From Octopus sinensis (Eukaryota): 64,000 nt of DNA. The DNA lies in contig NC_043008.1 in the NCBI RefSeq assembly GCF_006345805.1, positions 15,252,001 through 15,316,000 of the forward strand, given 5' to 3'. Numbering within the stretch: position 1 is the stretch's first letter; each line of letters starts with the position of its first letter. The position numbers and the translations under genes are program-made. Below are positions 63,156 through 64,000 of the stretch, piece after piece. The notes below the pieces were generated by a model. The model was not told the DNA's origin, searched no databases, and saw nothing but the letters and a program-made list of their open reading frames with translations.

Positions 63156-63551
63156 CGCCCACGCTGCCGCACTTGCCAACACTTTTCCAACGCCACCACA
63201 CTCACACTCACCCATCATTGTTCCTATCACATCACCGAATGCTTTACCTTCACTTCTAGCAACGTCACTTACTATATCTACTATTTCTGCCCTTCTCTGT
63301 ACATCGGTCAAACGGGACCCCACTTGGCTGACCGTTTCGCCGTGCACCTCCGAGACATCAGACTCGGTAATGGCATTCCGGTGTTGCCCTATTTCCACAG
63401 TACCGGTAATTCACTACAACACCTGTCTGTGTTCGGATTGACTCCGCACAGGCTCCATCCAGACTCCCGCCTTCGCCGTGAACATAAATTAATCTTCTCT
63501 CTTCGCCCCTTTGCCCCACATGCGCTTAAATTCCCTCCTTTCTTTATTTGA
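63156..63551 (+). mobile_element. Penelope-like retroelement 3' fragment: Cys linker plus GIY-YIG endonuclease
   Basis: RPRCRTCQHF..YHITECFTFTSSNVTYYIYYFCPSLYIGQTG (63300-63317), a frameshift, then LADRFAVHLRDIRLG..HSLQHL-like SVFGL..RLRREHKLIFSLRPFAP.ALKFP*. It starts directly after (TA)n. Confidence 0.9.
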
Positions 63552-64000
63552 CTCCCCTCCACATCTGACGCCTACTTCCTCTCTTCACTCCTAACCACCT
63601 CTCCTCTACTCCCTTCCTCTGGCATGTAGATCCTCTCTTCAGTCGTACCCACCTTCCTCTTGTCACCCGTACCCACTCATTCTCTTCATTGATACTCCCT
63701 CCACCCCCACACCTACCCCTTGACCTCCACCTCACAACCACACCTCCACCACACTCCAACCACGCATATCCAAACACCCACATCCCCACCACACTTCAAC
63801 CACACATTTCCACACACCCACTCCACACTATCTCACACCTCCACACCACATCATACACCACCACGCCTCCACAACACCATACCACATCACACCACTCCAC
63901 ACCACCATTCCACACACTCTATCACTGACAACTTCCCAGCATCCACACTACACACCATCATCTGAACACTCTCACACCAACAACCATACACCAAAACTCC
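63552..64000 (+). repeat. C/T- then C/A-rich low-complexity tail, probably the Penelope 3' region
   Basis: Direct reading. Runs off the window edge. Confidence 0.6.

Noticed and set aside
20-63965. Most ORF-track entries (poly-YI, HT, VC, I, L, N, M)
   Set aside because: They are translations of di-, tri- and tetranucleotide microsatellites or of SINE bodies, with no coding evidence.
1-64000. CRISPR array, rRNA or prokaryotic/viral system
   Set aside because: No repeat-spacer structure, rRNA or operon-like coding density. The window is eukaryotic repeat-rich DNA.

Overview
Eukaryotic, very AT-rich, repeat-dense genomic DNA. The tRNA-headed SINE families with internal (TA)/(CA) tracts and the microsatellite load suggest a coleoid cephalopod, probably Octopus (inference, no database check). 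I cannot support any intact protein-coding gene, and most entries in the ORF track are translated microsatellites. The window contains about 20 SINE copies from 4 families, 3 decayed mariner elements and a 28-bp-TIR MITE carrying TTAGGG repeats. It also holds fragments of CR1-, RTE- and R4/Dong-type LINEs, a Penelope GIY-YIG endonuclease fragment, fold-back elements and several decayed class A GPCR-like stretches on the minus strand. The main signal is six type I hammerhead-ribozyme (HHR) motifs in about five short element families, four of them flanked by (TA)n. One lies in a highly self-complementary ~359-bp unit repeated 1.35 times (retrozyme-like). One is paired with its own antisense arm, and one sits back-to-back with a tRNA-like Pol III head. 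All structures and translations were read by eye and need computational and biochemical confirmation.
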